Shown here piece by piece: positions 47,391 through 50,394 of a stretch of 50,394 nucleotides of DNA. The DNA comes from Butyrivibrio sp. Its GTDB lineage: Bacteria > Bacillota > Clostridia > Lachnospirales > Lachnospiraceae. The notes under the pieces are model-generated. The model did no database searches. It was not told the DNA's origin and worked only from the letters and a program-made list of their open reading frames with translations. Location: contig JAILEJ010000175.1 of assembly GCA_024688095.1 (NCBI GenBank), positions 1-50,394 on the forward strand, given 5' to 3'. Within the stretch, counting starts at the first letter, position 1; each line of letters starts with the position of its first letter. Made by a program: the position numbers and the translations under genes.

Positions 47391-49748
47391 ATGAAAAGAA
47401 TCATGATTGTAGATGATGATCCGATGAGCTTAAAACAGTCACATTTTTTCCTTAAGGAAAAATACAGGGTTACAACAGTAACTTCTGGTGAGGAAGCTAT
47501 AAGGCTTTTTGAAAAAGAAAGGCCAGATCTGGTGCTTTCTGATCTTATGATGCCTGAAATGGATGGCTTTGAAATGCTAAAAAAACTTCGCAGAACATAT
47601 GGCAGTGAAATACCTGTAATGTTTATGACTGCGGAGGAAAATAAAAATACCGAAGCAGAAAGTCTGAATCTTGGAGCGGTTGATTTTATATTAAAGCCTT
47701 TTACCAAAGATGTTCTTATACATAGAATAGAAAATATACTTAACCACGTTCAGGAGGTTGAATATCTTAAGGTAGAGGCGACCATTGACAGATTGACAGG
47801 CATTATGAATCAGGGTTGTGTAATGGAGAGTGTTGCTGAAATATGCAGATATCAGACGGGAATACTTCTTCTTATTGACCTTGATAATTTTAAGGCAATC
47901 AATGATATATATGGTCACGATAAGGGTGACAAGATACTTGTCTATTTTGCTGAAATGTTAAAAAACAGTGTTCGTAAAGATGATATAGTAGGTAGACTTG
48001 GCGGAGATGAGTTTCTGTTATTTCTTGTTAATGTTACAGATGGTGAAAATATTTCAGCTCTCTCAGACAGGCTTAATACAGGACTTAAACAGATTGCTGA
48101 ACAGCTTTTTGATAATGAGCATGACCTTCAGATTGGTGCATCTATTGGTGCAGTGCATGTTCCGGAAATGGGAAGAGAATATGAGACATTGTTCCAGTTT
48201 GCTGACAAGGCTCTATATCATGCCAAGCAGAGTGGAAAGCATGGTTTCTCAATATATAGGGATGATGATTACAGAGAAATAAACAGAGAAGATGATGATA
48301 TAGAAAGTGTTATAATGCAGTTTTCTGAGCACATCATAAAAAATGGTGCATTCAGAATTGGTACAGGGGCATTTACACATGTTTATCATTACTTTATGAG
48401 ATATTCTCAAAGATATGATCATTCTGTATATCAGGTACTTTTTACATTGAGAATAAAGAATCAGGATAATGAAAAAGTAAGCATGAATGAAGTGGGAGAA
48501 TGCTTTGCAGAAGTTATGTCCAATCTTCTTAGAAAGAGTGATATTTTTGTACAGACTAAAGAGAATCAATTCTTTTTAATGCTTCCTGATATTAGTGAAA
48601 GTGATACGGAACATCTGCTTGTTCGTATGATTGGTAAATGGAAAAAAAGCAGATATTCAGATGATGTAATTGTAAATTATGTTAAGGAAGCTGTAGAACA
48701 TGATATACAGGATGTGGATGAAACAAAGCTGAGTAAAAGACCTGACTGGGTTGTTGTAGTTGATGATGATATGACTAATCTGAAAATGGCAGGACATATA
48801 CTCAGTAAGAATAATATGAGGGTTACTGCATTAAAATCCGGCTATGACCTTCTTGAATATATTGATGATGAGCATAAGCCTGATCTGATACTTCTTGACA
48901 TTATGATGCCTGGAATAGATGGTTTTGAAACACTTAAAAAGCTAAGAGAAAAGGAAGGGCAAAGAGAGCATATACCTGTTATCTTTCTTACTGCAGATGA
49001 TGACGATGTTTCAGAGACAAAAGGACTCCAGCTTGGGGCTATGGATTTTATTAAAAAGCCTTTTGTACCGGAGGTTTTGATTATTCGTGTCCGTCATATT
49101 ATAGATCTTATCAGGCTTCAGAGTAATCTAAGAACTGAAGTAGAACAAAAGAAGAGAGAAGTTGAAAAATTATCTGTTCAGGTGGTTGCAGCTATTGCAG
49201 ATGCAATTGATGCAAAGGATACATATACAAATGGTCATTCTGGAAGAGTTGCTACATATTCAAGAGAAATTGCCAAGCGTGCAGGCTATAATGAAAAACA
49301 GCAAAATGAAATATACATAATGGGACTTCTTCATGATGTTGGAAAAATAGGTATTCCGGATGCAGTAATTAATAAGCCGGCCAAGCTCACCGAAGAGGAA
49401 TATGAACTTATAAAAAATCATCCTGTTATGGGAGCAAGAATATTAAAGAATATAAGCGAAATGCCAAAACTTGCAACCGGTGCCAGGTGGCATCATGAAA
49501 GGTATGATGGAAAAGGGTATCCTGATGGCTTAAGTGGTCTGGATATTCCGGAAGAGGCACGCATAATTGCAGTTGCAGATGCATATGATGCAATGACAAG
49601 TCATAGAAGTTATAGAGATGTACTTCCTCAGGGAATAGTCAGGGAACAGTTTGAAGAAGGCCGTGGTACGCAGTTTGATCCGCGTTTTGCCGATATTATG
49701 CTTCAAATTATAGAAGAGGATATAGATTATCAGTTGCATGAAGAATGA
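47391..49748 (+). CDS. response regulator with diguanylate cyclase and HD-GYP phosphodiesterase domains
   Basis: REC1 LSDLMMP, RKDD-IVGRL-GGDEF, a degenerate GGDEF-like segment, REC2 LLDIMMP, LLHDVGK and HHERYDGKGYP. ATG 47391 follows GGAG (ORF track 47376). Confidence 0.93.
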   Translation: MKRIMIVDDDPMSLKQSHFFLKEKYRVTTVTSGEEAIRLFEKERPDLVLSDLMMPEMDGFEMLKKLRRTYGSEIPVMFMTAEENKNTEAESLNLGAVDFILKPFTKDVLIHRIENILNHVQEVEYLKVEATIDRLTGIMNQGCVMESVAEICRYQTGILLLIDLDNFKAINDIYGHDKGDKILVYFAEMLKNSVRKDDIVGRLGGDEFLLFLVNVTDGENISALSDRLNTGLKQIAEQLFDNEHDLQIGASIGAVHVPEMGREYETLFQFADKALYHAKQSGKHGFSIYRDDDYREINREDDDIESVIMQFSEHIIKNGAFRIGTGAFTHVYHYFMRYSQRYDHSVYQVLFTLRIKNQDNEKVSMNEVGECFAEVMSNLLRKSDIFVQTKENQFFLMLPDISESDTEHLLVRMIGKWKKSRYSDDVIVNYVKEAVEHDIQDVDETKLSKRPDWVVVVDDDMTNLKMAGHILSKNNMRVTALKSGYDLLEYIDDEHKPDLILLDIMMPGIDGFETLKKLREKEGQREHIPVIFLTADDDDVSETKGLQLGAMDFIKKPFVPEVLIIRVRHIIDLIRLQSNLRTEVEQKKREVEKLSVQVVAAIADAIDAKDTYTNGHSGRVATYSREIAKRAGYNEKQQNEIYIMGLLHDVGKIGIPDAVINKPAKLTEEEYELIKNHPVMGARILKNISEMPKLATGARWHHERYDGKGYPDGLSGLDIPEEARIIAVADAYDAMTSHRSYRDVLPQGIVREQFEEGRGTQFDPRFADIMLQIIEEDIDYQLHEE

Positions 49749-49820
49749 ATAAAAATGAATAAAATACACAAATTATGCATAAATATAAATTTTTGCTTGA
49801 TATTTATGAATATTAGTTTT
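49745..49820. promoter_or_regulatory. ARG-box-like operators upstream of argC
   Basis: ATGAATAAAAATGAAT and ATGCATAAATATAAAT, 30 bp apart, with a weaker third box ATGAATATTAGTTTT inside the promoter spacer. Confidence 0.78.
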
Positions 49821-49825
49821 ATACT
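49797..49825 (+). promoter_or_regulatory. sigma-A promoter of argC
   Basis: TTGATA-17 bp-TATACT. Confidence 0.72.
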
Positions 49826-49852
49826 TATGCAATAATAAATAAGGAGACAGAT

Positions 49853-50394
49853 ATGGTTAAGGTAGGTATTATTGGTGCAACTGGTTATGCTGGTGCAGAA
49901 ATAGTAAGAATTCTGATGGGACATAAGGATGCGGAAATCGTATGGTATGGTTCCAGAAGTTATATAGATCAGGCATATAGTGATATATACAGAAATATGT
50001 TTGAAATTGTAGATGCAAAATGTATGGATGATAATATGGATGAGCTGGCAGATAAAGTAGATGTTATTTTCACAGCTACACCTCAGGGGTTATGTGCATC
50101 GCTTGTAAATGAAGAAGTTTTATCCAAGGTAAAGATTATTGATCTTAGCGCAGACTTTAGACTTAAGGATGTTAAAATCTATGAAGAATGGTATAAAATA
50201 GAGCATAAGGCTCCACAGTATATTGATGAAGCTGTGTATGGACTTTGTGAGATAAACAGAGATAAAATAAAAGATGCCCGTATTGTTGCAAATCCGGGAT
50301 GCTATACGACATGTTCGATTCTTACAGCATATCCACTGGTAAAAGAAGGTCTTATTGATCCTAATACACTTATTGTGGATGCACTTAGTGGAGT
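49853..50394 (+). CDS. argC: N-acetyl-gamma-glutamyl-phosphate reductase, 5' part (runs off the window; absent from the ORF track)
   Basis: After AAGGAG: MVKVGIIGATGYAGAEIVRIL...FTATPQG...IDLSADFRL...AVYGL...VANPGCY. Confidence 0.96.
   Translation, partial: MVKVGIIGATGYAGAEIVRILMGHKDAEIVWYGSRSYIDQAYSDIYRNMFEIVDAKCMDDNMDELADKVDVIFTATPQGLCASLVNEEVLSKVKIIDLSADFRLKDVKIYEEWYKIEHKAPQYIDEAVYGLCEINRDKIKDARIVANPGCYTTCSILTAYPLVKEGLIDPNTLIVDALSG

Noticed and set aside
43507-49789. Exact 17-bp direct repeat read as attL/attR of an integrative element
   Set aside because: No integrase, recombinase or transposase lies inside or nearby, and the repeat is explained as an ArgR operator. It is kept only as an operator-duplication finding.
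1-50394. CRISPR arrays, IS elements, prophage, defence systems, stop-codon reassignment
   Set aside because: No regularly spaced repeats or mobile/defence genes were recognised. Conserved genes are full length under the standard code, and several end at TGA in the expected position.

Overview
AT-rich chromosomal window from a Firmicute, most likely Lachnospiraceae (Butyrivibrio/Eubacterium-like, judged from gene content and protein style). It is mostly housekeeping: purL, carAB, queH, argS, ispF-cysS-mrnC-rlmB-sigH, rpmE-DUF1385-prmC-prfA, argG and the 5' part of argC. It also holds tRNA-Trp, tRNA-Met, a lipoprotein GH13 amylase with a LacI-type operator, hsp20 and dnaJ-like genes, and several hypothetical genes. 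No CRISPR array, transposase, integrase or phage gene was seen. The best candidate for a new system is a 6.1-kb two-gene signalling cassette (43648-49748) between the divergent argG and argC genes, with matching ArgR-box pairs on both sides. It encodes a hybrid histidine kinase with two tandem dCache_1 sensors that both carry the amino-acid-binding motif, a His-less pseudo-DHp, and REC and Hpt domains. Its partner is a REC-GGDEF-degenerate GGDEF-REC-HD-GYP protein. Together they suggest an amino-acid (possibly arginine) sensing phosphorelay that controls c-di-GMP. All domain calls come from motif recognition by eye; no database search was run.
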